24,337 nucleotides of DNA from a virus (Duplodnaviria; Caudoviricetes). Every line of letters begins with the position of its first letter. Within the stretch, counting starts at the first letter, position 1. Of the stretch, positions 16,446 to 23,829 are shown one piece after another. A program made the translations under genes and the position numbers. The notes under the pieces were generated by a model. That model ran no database searches and had not been told where the DNA came from. It was given only the letters and a program-made list of their open reading frames with translations. Location: the IMG/VR virus record IMGVR_UViG_3300020044_000898, positions 1-24,337 of that record; one strand, written 5' to 3'.

Positions 16446-17981
16446 ATGGAAAAGAAACTACCGTCCCTCTACTCTTCTGATCCAGAAGATCAGGAGCTGA
16501 TCACCGAGATCAAAGATCAGTATAAAGACCTGAGTGAGTCCTTGAAGTCGAGGAAGCTACCCTTTGATCCGAAGTGGATGGCCTTGGCTCAGGGCTTTCT
16601 TGCGCCCACCCAGACAGGCTCTTTCGGTGAGTCTCTTGGTTACGCCGCCAAGGGCTACAACGAGGCCGCTCTTGCAGAGGAAAAGACTGCCCAAGAGCGT
16701 GCTGCGCTGAGACTGCAACTGGCTCAGGGCGAGTTGGCCCAGCGTCAGTCCACGCGCAAGGCAAAGATGGGTCAAGACATCCTCATGGGTGGACTTCCAA
16801 CTGGGCCTCAAGGCGCAGCACCTACGGGCATGACCCCTATGGGCGCAACCCCTGCTGGCGCAACACAGCCGCAAGCTTTGCGTGATATTACGGTGAACGA
16901 TGTCCGAACAGCCATGGCGGTTGATCCAGAGCTTGGAAAATCCCTGTCTGACATCTTGAAGCTTCAGGGTGAGCGATACAAGATCGCCATGAATGGCACG
17001 GTGTACGATACTGTTGAGAAAAAATATGTGACCGGATTGCAGATCCCGGGGCAAACACCTTCGCTCTTCACTATCCCAGAGATTAACGACAAACTCAGCA
17101 TGATGCCTTGGCAGTACGAGCAATATCAAAATGCTCGAGAAAAGGGAATGGGCAGGGATTGGGTGAAAAACTTCATGTCGGATGAACCAGTGCCCATGGG
17201 TGAGGTCGGCAAAGCTCCAGCCGCCCCAAGCGCAGCAGGCAGAGTGACGTCTGCCCCACCCTCAGACACTTCAGCATCAAGCCTTGCAGCAAAAGAAAAG
17301 GCAAAAGAAACCACCGCTGTTGAACGTGCCAAGGGTGAGAACACCCGCTTTCAGTCCATCGTCAACAACGCTGAGACTGCTGGTAGCCGCCAAGCGATGT
17401 ACAACGCTTTGGGAGGGATTGCCAAGCGTCAAGATGCAAATCAAATCTTGGGTGTGTTTGAAGACAACGACCTGTCGTCTGCACTGCTCAAGCTGGCAGA
17501 AACCAGTGGCAAGGGCTTGCCGCAGATCAACGAGATTCGTGAGATCTTCACCAACTTTGGTTTGGACAAGAAGCTCAAGGCCGATCAACTCGCTGCTGCT
17601 CAGATGATTGCTCAGATCAACTTGGATTTGCGAAAGATCAGCAGGACTCCGGGCGAGGGCGCTTACTCCGACTTGGAAACCAACATGATGTTGGCAGCGG
17701 GTCCAAGCATGAAGGACACCCCACTCGGTTTGCAAAAGAAACTTTCCTTGTTGGGTGCTCGTGCTGATTTTGAGAGAAGCGTTTCTCGCGGCTTGCTTGA
17801 CAGCAACATGGATGCAGACAAGTTCAAGCGTTCCGAGCAGTACGACAGGCTGATTGATGGCTACAACCAAAAACTGGTTTCCATCATGTTCCCGAATCAG
17901 AACGTTAAAGCACCACCCTCAAAAACACCCACGGTGGAAGAGGTTCGGAAAGCTCTTGCAAAGAAAAGAGGGGAAAATTAA
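16446..17981 (+). CDS. Ejection / internal virion protein
   Basis: LAQGFLAPTQTGSFGESLG followed by coiled coil; helical C-terminal half with GEGAYSDLE; position in the ejection block. Confidence 0.6.
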   Translation: MEKKLPSLYSSDPEDQELITEIKDQYKDLSESLKSRKLPFDPKWMALAQGFLAPTQTGSFGESLGYAAKGYNEAALAEEKTAQERAALRLQLAQGELAQRQSTRKAKMGQDILMGGLPTGPQGAAPTGMTPMGATPAGATQPQALRDITVNDVRTAMAVDPELGKSLSDILKLQGERYKIAMNGTVYDTVEKKYVTGLQIPGQTPSLFTIPEINDKLSMMPWQYEQYQNAREKGMGRDWVKNFMSDEPVPMGEVGKAPAAPSAAGRVTSAPPSDTSASSLAAKEKAKETTAVERAKGENTRFQSIVNNAETAGSRQAMYNALGGIAKRQDANQILGVFEDNDLSSALLKLAETSGKGLPQINEIREIFTNFGLDKKLKADQLAAAQMIAQINLDLRKISRTPGEGAYSDLETNMMLAAGPSMKDTPLGLQKKLSLLGARADFERSVSRGLLDSNMDADKFKRSEQYDRLIDGYNQKLVSIMFPNQNVKAPPSKTPTVEEVRKALAKKRGEN

Positions 17982-19379
17982 ATGGCTGAAGAGAAAACTC
18001 CAGTTCTTGACGAGAACCAGCGCCGTGTTGCTCAAAAGATTTTGGACATGGCCCCTAAGTATCAGGTCAACCCTGACTTTGCTTTGGCCGTTGCCATGGC
18101 TGAGAACATGTTCAAAGACAGAGAGTCTCAAAAGGGTGCTATTGGACCCATGCAGCTCATGCCTGACACCGCCAAGGGTTTACAGGTTGACCCATACGAT
18201 GAGGACCAAAACATTGAAGGTGGGCTGCGTCTGATCAGACAGTTGGCTGGACAAAAGCAGGTTGGGCTTGACCCGATACGAGTCTTGGCTGGCTACCACA
18301 GCGGCCCCAATTTGAATTTCTTCAACACCAACAACCCCGACGATCTTGGCCCCAACGCCCTGTCCTACATTGACAGGGTTGCCACCTTTGCTGGCGGGAC
18401 ATTGCCTCCTGTGCTTTTAAGTCAGGAAGCCTTTGAGGCAACCCAAGCCCCAGAGGGCAATGGCACGGTCGAGGTGTCAGAAGAGGATATGAGTAGGCAA
18501 GCCGCTGACAAGCGTATGCAGGCCATGCAAGCTTTGGGCGCTGGTGCAGGCGCTGTCGCTAGTACGGTCATGGACACCACTGGACGGGTCGGCAACAGGG
18601 TTGTAGACATGGCTGCGCAAAAAGCCGCCAACATGATGGCAAACCGCGCCCCCGCTGGCGCTTTGCCTACACCCCCCGGCGCTCCATCTGGCGCTCCAAC
18701 CCCCCAGCCATCGGCCCAGTCCACCCGCATCATGCAGGGCGGTCAGGGAGATCCACTGGGAACCACTGGCCGTGCCCGTCAAGAGGGCTACAACACCGAA
18801 ACGGCTCGACGCGCCGCTGTTGCCAACGAAATGAAGGCCACCAACCCGCAGGCTCGTCAGATCTTGGCAAACGCTCCGGGAATGACCTCTACGCCCTCTG
18901 GCGTGCTGTACCCAACCACCGAAATGCGTCCCACGCTGGGACCTCGGGGTCAGCGCACCCCGCCTATGCCTCCAGACATTGGCGGCGTGAGGCCCGGTGG
19001 CCCGTCCATGGGTCCAGCCTCACCTCCCCCTGCTGGCGCTTTGCCCACACAGAAGCCCTCAATGGCCCGTAGAGCGATTGATATGGGTCGCAGGGCTATG
19101 GACATCCCCGTCATCTCTCCGGCTGCTACAGGCGCTTTGGGAGGCTTTGGTGCGGTCACTGAGGCCAGCGATGCAGCCGAGAGGTACAAGCGCGGCGACA
19201 TGCTGGGCGCAGGCATCTCTGGCATTGGTGCTTTGGGTTCTGCCGCCGCCGTCATCCCGCACCCAATGACAAGGGTTGTTGGTGGCGGTCTGGCTATGGC
19301 TGCGCCCATGGCGAACATGATTGTTGACTACATGCGCGAATCCAGCCCACTGAGTCAAGCACAAAAGCCCACAAGATAA
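17982..19379 (+). CDS. Virion-associated lytic transglycosylase (SLT) ejection protein
   Basis: AVAMAE(N), SQKGAIGPMQLMPDTA, NIEGG and LAGYHSGP match SLT motifs; Pro-rich linker and hydrophobic Gly/Ala C-terminus. Confidence 0.85.
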   Translation: MAEEKTPVLDENQRRVAQKILDMAPKYQVNPDFALAVAMAENMFKDRESQKGAIGPMQLMPDTAKGLQVDPYDEDQNIEGGLRLIRQLAGQKQVGLDPIRVLAGYHSGPNLNFFNTNNPDDLGPNALSYIDRVATFAGGTLPPVLLSQEAFEATQAPEGNGTVEVSEEDMSRQAADKRMQAMQALGAGAGAVASTVMDTTGRVGNRVVDMAAQKAANMMANRAPAGALPTPPGAPSGAPTPQPSAQSTRIMQGGQGDPLGTTGRARQEGYNTETARRAAVANEMKATNPQARQILANAPGMTSTPSGVLYPTTEMRPTLGPRGQRTPPMPPDIGGVRPGGPSMGPASPPPAGALPTQKPSMARRAIDMGRRAMDIPVISPAATGALGGFGAVTEASDAAERYKRGDMLGAGISGIGALGSAAAVIPHPMTRVVGGGLAMAAPMANMIVDYMRESSPLSQAQKPTR

Positions 19380-19454
19380 CTCTTGTGGACTCCTGAATCT
19401 GGGGCTGTCTCTCCCCAGTGCTCCCGCAGTTGCCACGACAAACGGAGCCTTTTA

Positions 19455-19481
19455 GCCCCCCTCTTTAGGGGGGTCTTTTTT
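19455..19481 (+). terminator. Rho-independent terminator of the late operon
   Basis: GCCCCCCT-CTTT-AGGGGGGT stem-loop followed by CTTTTTT, at the convergence of the two gene blocks. Confidence 0.85.
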
Positions 19482-19710
19482 AGACTTCGCCTTTAAAGTC
19501 TTCCAGAGCTTTTGCAACCTGCGTGTTGAGGGACCGCACAAAGGTCACGCACTTCTTTCTTTCTGCGGCAACGATTGCGGGTGTTGCAGCCATCACAAAG
19601 ATGTTCGCAAGCTTGTTCAAGTCCTCTTCCAAGAAGTTGTAGTTCTCCTCAAGGTGAACCTCGTGAAAGGCTTTCTTGACCTGCTGGTCTGTCAAAAATT
19701 CGTTGCTCAT
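19480..19710 (-). CDS. Hypothetical protein
   Basis: 76 aa, ATGA-coupled to the upstream gene; contains the AAERKKC motif. Confidence 0.7.
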   Translation of the reverse strand: MSNEFLTDQQVKKAFHEVHLEENYNFLEEDLNKLANIFVMAATPAIVAAERKKCVTFVRSLNTQVAKALEDFKGEV

Positions 19711-20168
19711 TTTTTGCTTCCACGGTGTTTGCGGTTTGCCATGATCTCTCTGCCTCTTGGTGTCTGAGTCCAGTGCGGCTTTTTTTCTACGTGCTTGCGC
19801 AGTTGTTTGGTAAATTGCTTTTGCGCTTCATCCAACAAAACAGCCGTGGTCATTGGCTGATATGCGGACTCGCTGTATTCCATCCAGTCGTCTGCCAACA
19901 TGTCTGATTGCGACGCCAGCCAGCCGGGCAGATATGCCTGACGGCCATGAGCGTTTACAGTCCACATATTAATGTGAGGCAAGATCTCCAATTGAGTCAA
20001 GCCACGGCGCTTCAAAAATTCGGCATTGATGATGCCATTGGGCTTGATGTCATCAACATTGATCTTGTACCCGCCAGCGCGGATCAAGAACATGCCTTTG
20101 CCATTCCAGCCAGCCCGTGTCACGGGATGTCCTGCGTTAAGCAGGGTGATTGCTTCTCCGAATTTCAT
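19707..20168 (-). CDS. DUF2829-family protein (Tad2-like anti-defence sponge) with a basic C-terminal extension
   Basis: MKFGEAI..L..G..V.R.GWNGKGMFL and GWLASQSDMLADDW are the family's signature motifs; AAGGAG SD. Confidence 0.85.
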   Translation of the reverse strand: MKFGEAITLLNAGHPVTRAGWNGKGMFLIRAGGYKINVDDIKPNGIINAEFLKRRGLTQLEILPHINMWTVNAHGRQAYLPGWLASQSDMLADDWMEYSESAYQPMTTAVLLDEAQKQFTKQLRKHVEKKPHWTQTPRGREIMANRKHRGSKK

Positions 20169-20177
20169 TTTTTCTCC

Positions 20178-20327
20178 TTAAACAACCATAAGATAAAACC
20201 CGTGCAGGATGCCAATTGGAAACAGCAGCGCACCGGCAATCAAGAACCCCCACAACCCCTGCGCAAAGCAGGTAAAGATGTGGGTAAGCCATGCAACGAA
20301 GCACAGAACCCCAATAATCGCGCCCAT
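20178..20327 (-). CDS. 49-aa hydrophobic two-TM protein (not in the ORF track)
   Basis: MGAIIGVLCFVAWLTHIFTCFAQGLWGFLIAGALLFPIGILHGFYLMVV*; AGGAG SD; fills the gap. Confidence 0.8.
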   Translation of the reverse strand: MGAIIGVLCFVAWLTHIFTCFAQGLWGFLIAGALLFPIGILHGFYLMVV

Positions 20328-20339
20328 GGGGTTCTCCTC

Positions 20340-20555
20340 TTAAAGTTCGAGTCCGAGCTGAGATGAGTCTTTGTAGTTCTCAATCTCTTTGCCCTGCTGT
20401 GCCGCAGCAAATGCGTCCTCTGGAGTTGCCTTGCGCACGCTGAAGGTGCTAGAGGCCACATGGTTCAAAGCCTGCTGTGGGTTTTGTGATTTAACCAAAC
20501 GAGCATTGTTGAATGCGTCGGTCACAATGTAGATGCGAAAAGGTGATGTTGCCAC
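20340..20555 (-). CDS. Hypothetical protein ending in the clamp-binding-like motif QLGLEL
   Basis: GTG start at 20555 after AAGGA, just past the nuclease stop; RIYIV...RLVK...QQALNHVA. Confidence 0.7.
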   Translation of the reverse strand: MATSPFRIYIVTDAFNNARLVKSQNPQQALNHVASSTFSVRKATPEDAFAAAQQGKEIENYKDSSQLGLEL

Positions 20556-20565
20556 GATGAGATCC

Positions 20566-21327
20566 TTAGAGGTTGGTTTTGGCATAGTAAAAAGTCTTGA
20601 GTGCGTCGAACATTGCCCAGCCACGGGCAAGCTCTTCTTCAGTCCACTCTTTGACCACAACAAGCCCCGGCTCTGTGACCGAGACAAAGATGTTTGCGCA
20701 CCGGGCTTTTGGAAGATCCAAGCCCTGTCTGTATGCGGCAAGCTGCATGACGTTCTCGTCAAAACCAGCCACTTTCTCCAAAGACTCCGAGGTGAATTCC
20801 TTGGTCTTGAAGTCAATCACCACGCCGCCTATGTCTCGACTATGGAGGTCAACCTTTCCGGCAAAGCCTGACTCGGTGGCAAAGGACTTCTCCACCGCCC
20901 AAACAAGATTTCCAAAGTTGCCCTCGACCGCCTTGTAAACCGGCTCAAGGTAGGGCAGATCTTTTGCGTTGAGGTGGCCGTCAAAGAACTGTTCAATGGC
21001 CGCATGGACCTGAGTGCCACGCTCCGCCGCCTTTTTGGCCTGATCCTTGGAGTCGGTTTGGATGCGCTTGATGAACGATTCCTCGCTCTCGCCGTCACCC
21101 CTTGGGAGGGTTAGAGCTGCCAGCATCATCTGGTTCATCTTCCAAGCCTCTAAACCGGGGCTTGCGGCGGCTTTCATGATGGTGGTGACCGAGGGTAGCA
21201 GTCCCATCTTTTTAGCATCTCTAAGGGTCGTTGCGCGTGGCTCACCGTTCTTGGCGGTCACGGTGTAGGTGGGTGTCCCGTCCTTGGCGTACCAATGGGT
21301 GGATTCTTGTGGTCGTTCAGCAATCAT
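20566..21327 (-). CDS. PD-(D/E)xK exonuclease-like recombination protein
   Basis: LPSVTTI, AAERGTQVH, E, FAGKVDL, IDFKT and QLAAY motifs. Confidence 0.85.
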   Translation of the reverse strand: MIAERPQESTHWYAKDGTPTYTVTAKNGEPRATTLRDAKKMGLLPSVTTIMKAAASPGLEAWKMNQMMLAALTLPRGDGESEESFIKRIQTDSKDQAKKAAERGTQVHAAIEQFFDGHLNAKDLPYLEPVYKAVEGNFGNLVWAVEKSFATESGFAGKVDLHSRDIGGVVIDFKTKEFTSESLEKVAGFDENVMQLAAYRQGLDLPKARCANIFVSVTEPGLVVVKEWTEEELARGWAMFDALKTFYYAKTNL

Positions 21328-21671
21328 GTTGGTTCTACCTTTTTTAAAACTCGTTGTTGTCGGCCAAGACTTCCGGGCTGGCGAACGCCCGTGTCGTATA
21401 TCAACCCTTTGCGCAAAAGTGGCGCATAACGAGGGCTGATGGTTTGCACGCCATGCTTAGGAAAGTGCCTCATGATTTGGTCGGATGTGCATCCACTTGG
21501 GTACATGCAAATAACCTCGTAAACCATGCGCTCAAGACGCGCCGAATCAACCTTTTCCGCTGCCGCATGGCTAGTGTCTGGATCTGTGCTGCGTGCCATC
21601 TTCTGAGCGTTTGTCCCAAAAGATGGCATCGCAAACAGATCAAGCGTTTTGGTGTCTTGATCTGTTTTCAT
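21324..21671 (-). CDS. Putative winged-helix DNA-binding protein
   Basis: ARSTDPDTSHAAA motif followed by GCTSDQI...ISPRYAPLLRKGLIYDTG.R. Confidence 0.65.
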   Translation of the reverse strand: MKTDQDTKTLDLFAMPSFGTNAQKMARSTDPDTSHAAAEKVDSARLERMVYEVICMYPSGCTSDQIMRHFPKHGVQTISPRYAPLLRKGLIYDTGVRQPGSLGRQQRVLKKVEPT

Positions 21672-21673
21672 GA

Positions 21674-22312
21674 TCAGAAAGGAATGTCGTCGGCCATGTC
21701 ATCAAACGCACCTGCTGCCGGAGCCTCTGCTCGGTTTTTCAGAGCCTTGAACTCTGGAGAGGCCTCAATCTTGGCCTTCAGACCCTTGCTGAAGGTTTCA
21801 TACAGCACCCAGTCTGGCTCGGCCAAACGGAACAACTGGAGAGGGTTAACGCCTTGTGGCAGGCCAGCCTTTTTGATCATCCCCGGAACTGGCGAGATGC
21901 CAGCAACGTTTGAGTACATCTTGTTGTTTTTGCCCTCAACGTGGATGACGTTCAACATGCACCACTGGCCCAAAATGTTTTTTAGGTCAAAGCGATTGGC
22001 CTCTGCGTCCGTCCACGGCACTCCGCGCCAGCCTTGCAGGTCTTTGCGCAGGTTGGCGTTTTCGCTCCACGACAGGGTGTAGTTCTTGAACATCGCCAAG
22101 GGTTCGCCCTCTTCGGTCAACAGCGGTGAGCCGTCTTCCTCTTCGCCATGGATCTCCCAGCCCAGCATGACCTTGCGCAGAAACTTCTGCTGGCCCTGCC
22201 ACTCGGTGGCCTGTGTGCCCACATCAACGATGCGGTAGCAACGGGCAAGATGACTTCCGGGTGGGACCATCTTGAACTCTTTATTTCCTGTGCTTTCAAC
22301 AAAAAAACTCAT
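21674..22312 (-). CDS. Single-stranded DNA-binding-like protein (NGO0469-like)
   Basis: PPGSHLARCYRIVDVGTQ, YTLS..E.ANLRKDL..WRG, FDLKNILG..C and an acidic C-terminal DDIPF tail; adjacent to the exonuclease region. Confidence 0.7.
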   Translation of the reverse strand: MSFFVESTGNKEFKMVPPGSHLARCYRIVDVGTQATEWQGQQKFLRKVMLGWEIHGEEEDGSPLLTEEGEPLAMFKNYTLSWSENANLRKDLQGWRGVPWTDAEANRFDLKNILGQWCMLNVIHVEGKNNKMYSNVAGISPVPGMIKKAGLPQGVNPLQLFRLAEPDWVLYETFSKGLKAKIEASPEFKALKNRAEAPAAGAFDDMADDIPF

Positions 22313-22473
22313 TTGATTTCTCCAAAATTTTGATTAAATTTACTTTCCAGACTTTCTAGGGGATCGGGTAGTTGCTTTCTTCTCTGGTTCTCCTTTCTTC
22401 GCCATTGCTGGTACTCTGTTTGCGCTTGCGGGTCGTTCAACCACTGCTGGTATTCCTCCTCCAAAGAGTGCAT
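22309..22473 (-). CDS. Small hypothetical protein overlapping the upstream gene
   Basis: MHSLEEEYQQWLNDPQAQTEYQQW...; stop is ATGA-coupled to the SSB-like gene; start uncertain. Confidence 0.5.
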   Translation of the reverse strand: MHSLEEEYQQWLNDPQAQTEYQQWRRKENQRRKQLPDPLESLESKFNQNFGEIK

Positions 22474-22648
22474 CACCAAGGTCTTTGGGGAAGCTTGATC
22501 CGGTTGCTGTGATGAGGTTGACATCAATTGCTTCATGGAGTCCATCTCCTGTTCCAATAAAGTAAAAAGTTTCGCCAAGTTCGTTTTCGGCCATAACAAT
22601 GCCCACGATCCCGCGACCGTTGAACCACTTGCATTTCATCGGTGTCAT
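22340..22648 (-). CDS. Hypothetical protein
   Basis: AAGGA SD and ATGA coupling; globular-looking N-terminal ~63 aa followed by a basic low-complexity tail. Confidence 0.65.
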   Translation of the reverse strand: MTPMKCKWFNGRGIVGIVMAENELGETFYFIGTGDGLHEAIDVNLITATGSSFPKDLGDALFGGGIPAVVERPASANRVPAMAKKGEPEKKATTRSPRKSGK

Positions 22649-22935
22649 TTAGATCCTTTTTTGATTCGCTCAATAATTTCCTCAGCCCTATGGCTGGCGG
22701 TTTCAGATTTCATGTTTAAGGTCAAAACCTGAACCACGGTAAGCAGCTTGATGAACTGCTCTTGATCGTCCTCCTCAGAGGCCAACATTTTTGTCAGCAG
22801 ATAGCATCCAACATTACCCATGGCGCTGATTGCAAAGTCGTCACCATGTGATTCGGCCAGCGTTTCAAACTGTTTGAAAATGCTTTCAGCCATGCGCTCA
22901 GATGTTTCCATCATCAGCTCAATGTTGTAGCTCAT
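22645..22935 (-). CDS. Hypothetical helical protein
   Basis: 96 aa, ATGA-coupled on both sides. Confidence 0.7.
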   Translation of the reverse strand: MSYNIELMMETSERMAESIFKQFETLAESHGDDFAISAMGNVGCYLLTKMLASEEDDQEQFIKLLTVVQVLTLNMKSETASHRAEEIIERIKKGSK

Positions 22936-23156
22936 GCCTTCCTCGCTTTCATCATTGCGTCTGCCATTGCGTAGGCTTCTTTTGCGGTGTCATCCATCAA
23001 GCCCGTAGGGTACGATGATGCTGCGTACATGCCTTGCAATGCTGCTTTGGCGAACTCGTCGCGCATGGTCATGCCGGGGTGGTAGGCCTTGATGTTGTCG
23101 TCCTGCTCAGGCTCAATGAACGGGTAGGCCTGCATGTGTGCGTCTTTGACTTTCAT
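22932..23156 (-). CDS. Conserved small phage protein (GMTxRDxFA...AYxxADAM family)
   Basis: GMTMRDEFAKAALQG...AYAMADAMMKAR; start at ATG 23156 overlaps the upstream TGA. Confidence 0.8.
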   Translation of the reverse strand: MKVKDAHMQAYPFIEPEQDDNIKAYHPGMTMRDEFAKAALQGMYAASSYPTGLMDDTAKEAYAMADAMMKARKA

Positions 23157-23395
23157 TTGCCCACCACCACTGCAAGGATGATGAACAAGATTACCAAGCA
23201 GGTGTAGTACCAGATGGAGCCGCTGCTCATGAACCTGAAGCTGCGCACACCCAGCAGGGCAGATTGAATGATCTCGCCATCGTAGGTCAATTGCTGTGGG
23301 GGGCGTTGGTAGGCAATTCCGATTTGAACGCCTGTCTTGGTGGTGTACGGCAGCGGGATGCTGCTGACATGCTGGTATTCCTTGCGGTCTGTCAT
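23153..23395 (-). CDS. Small membrane protein, first gene of the leftward operon
   Basis: PYTTKTGVQIG motif and C-terminal TM (YYTCLVILFIILAVVVG); start at ATG 23395 lies downstream of the predicted promoter. Confidence 0.65.
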   Translation of the reverse strand: MTDRKEYQHVSSIPLPYTTKTGVQIGIAYQRPPQQLTYDGEIIQSALLGVRSFRFMSSGSIWYYTCLVILFIILAVVVGK

Positions 23396-23433
23396 TTTGA
23401 ACTTTCGAGTAACACGCCACATGGCGTAGCTGT

Positions 23434-23463
23434 ATTACACCACAACTTGAACTTCATGTACAA
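23434..23463 (-). promoter_or_regulatory. Leftward early promoter
   Basis: On the - strand: TTGTAC-18 nt-TGTAAT with an extended TGn. Confidence 0.55.
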
Positions 23464-23488
23464 GAATACTGGAGCGCAATGAAGGGTC

Positions 23489-23517
23489 TTTATTGATCTT
23501 GCTCTTCAAGGTATACT
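23489..23517 (+). promoter_or_regulatory. Rightward promoter for the cro-like gene
   Basis: TTTATT-17 nt-TATACT; ATG begins 8 nt after the -10 box. Confidence 0.55.
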
Positions 23518-23524
23518 CAGCCGC

Positions 23525-23725
23525 ATGAACCTGCAACAGTATTTTTCCGAAGAGCCTCGTGGCGCAAAGATTGAGATGGCCCGACATCTTGGGATCAGTG
23601 CTGAGTGGATGTCTAAACTGATCGCCAATAAGGTCAAGCCCAGCCCAGTGCTGGCAAGAGCCTTTGAGGATGCGACAAGTGGTCTGGTGACACGCAAGGA
23701 CTTGCGCCCGGATTTATTTGGATGA
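23525..23725 (+). CDS. Cro/YdaS-like HTH regulator
   Basis: 66 aa; MARHLGISAEWMSKL HTH and C-terminal ATSGLVTRKDLRPDLFG typical of Cro/YdaS proteins. Confidence 0.85.
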   Translation: MNLQQYFSEEPRGAKIEMARHLGISAEWMSKLIANKVKPSPVLARAFEDATSGLVTRKDLRPDLFG

Positions 23726-23741
23726 TATGATTTTTAAAAGC

Positions 23742-23823
23742 CCGGCTAGGTGGGGAGTAGCTACCCCACCGAAAAGTGTACTCCCCACCTGCCGGTGTCT
23801 TTTGTCAGGGAGCTTTGCGGAGA
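23742..23823 (+). ncRNA. Candidate structured cis-regulatory RNA in the leader of the replication gene
   Basis: 17-bp stem (23742-23759 / 23779-23795) competes with an alternative GGTGGGG/CCCCACC hairpin; contains an anti-SD CTCCC. Confidence 0.5.
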
Positions 23824-23829
23824 TGCTCA

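Noticed and set aside
20566-21327. Cas4 assignment for the nuclease
   Set aside because: Only one Cys, so no four-Cys Fe-S cluster; context is phage recombination.
21630-21655. TLDLF as a second clamp-binding motif
   Set aside because: Lacks the conserved Gln; too weak to support.
21354-22082. 242-aa + strand ORF and other long antisense ORFs (e.g. 109-705, 2389-2973, 16557-17129, 17277-17870, 23928-24332)
   Set aside because: Shadows of well-supported genes on the opposite strand, with no recognisable motifs.
22932-23420. Extended ORF-track starts (23420, 20816, 4048, 4737, 46)
   Set aside because: They overlap neighbouring genes or ignore the open frame; SD positions and stop/start coupling support the starts given in features.
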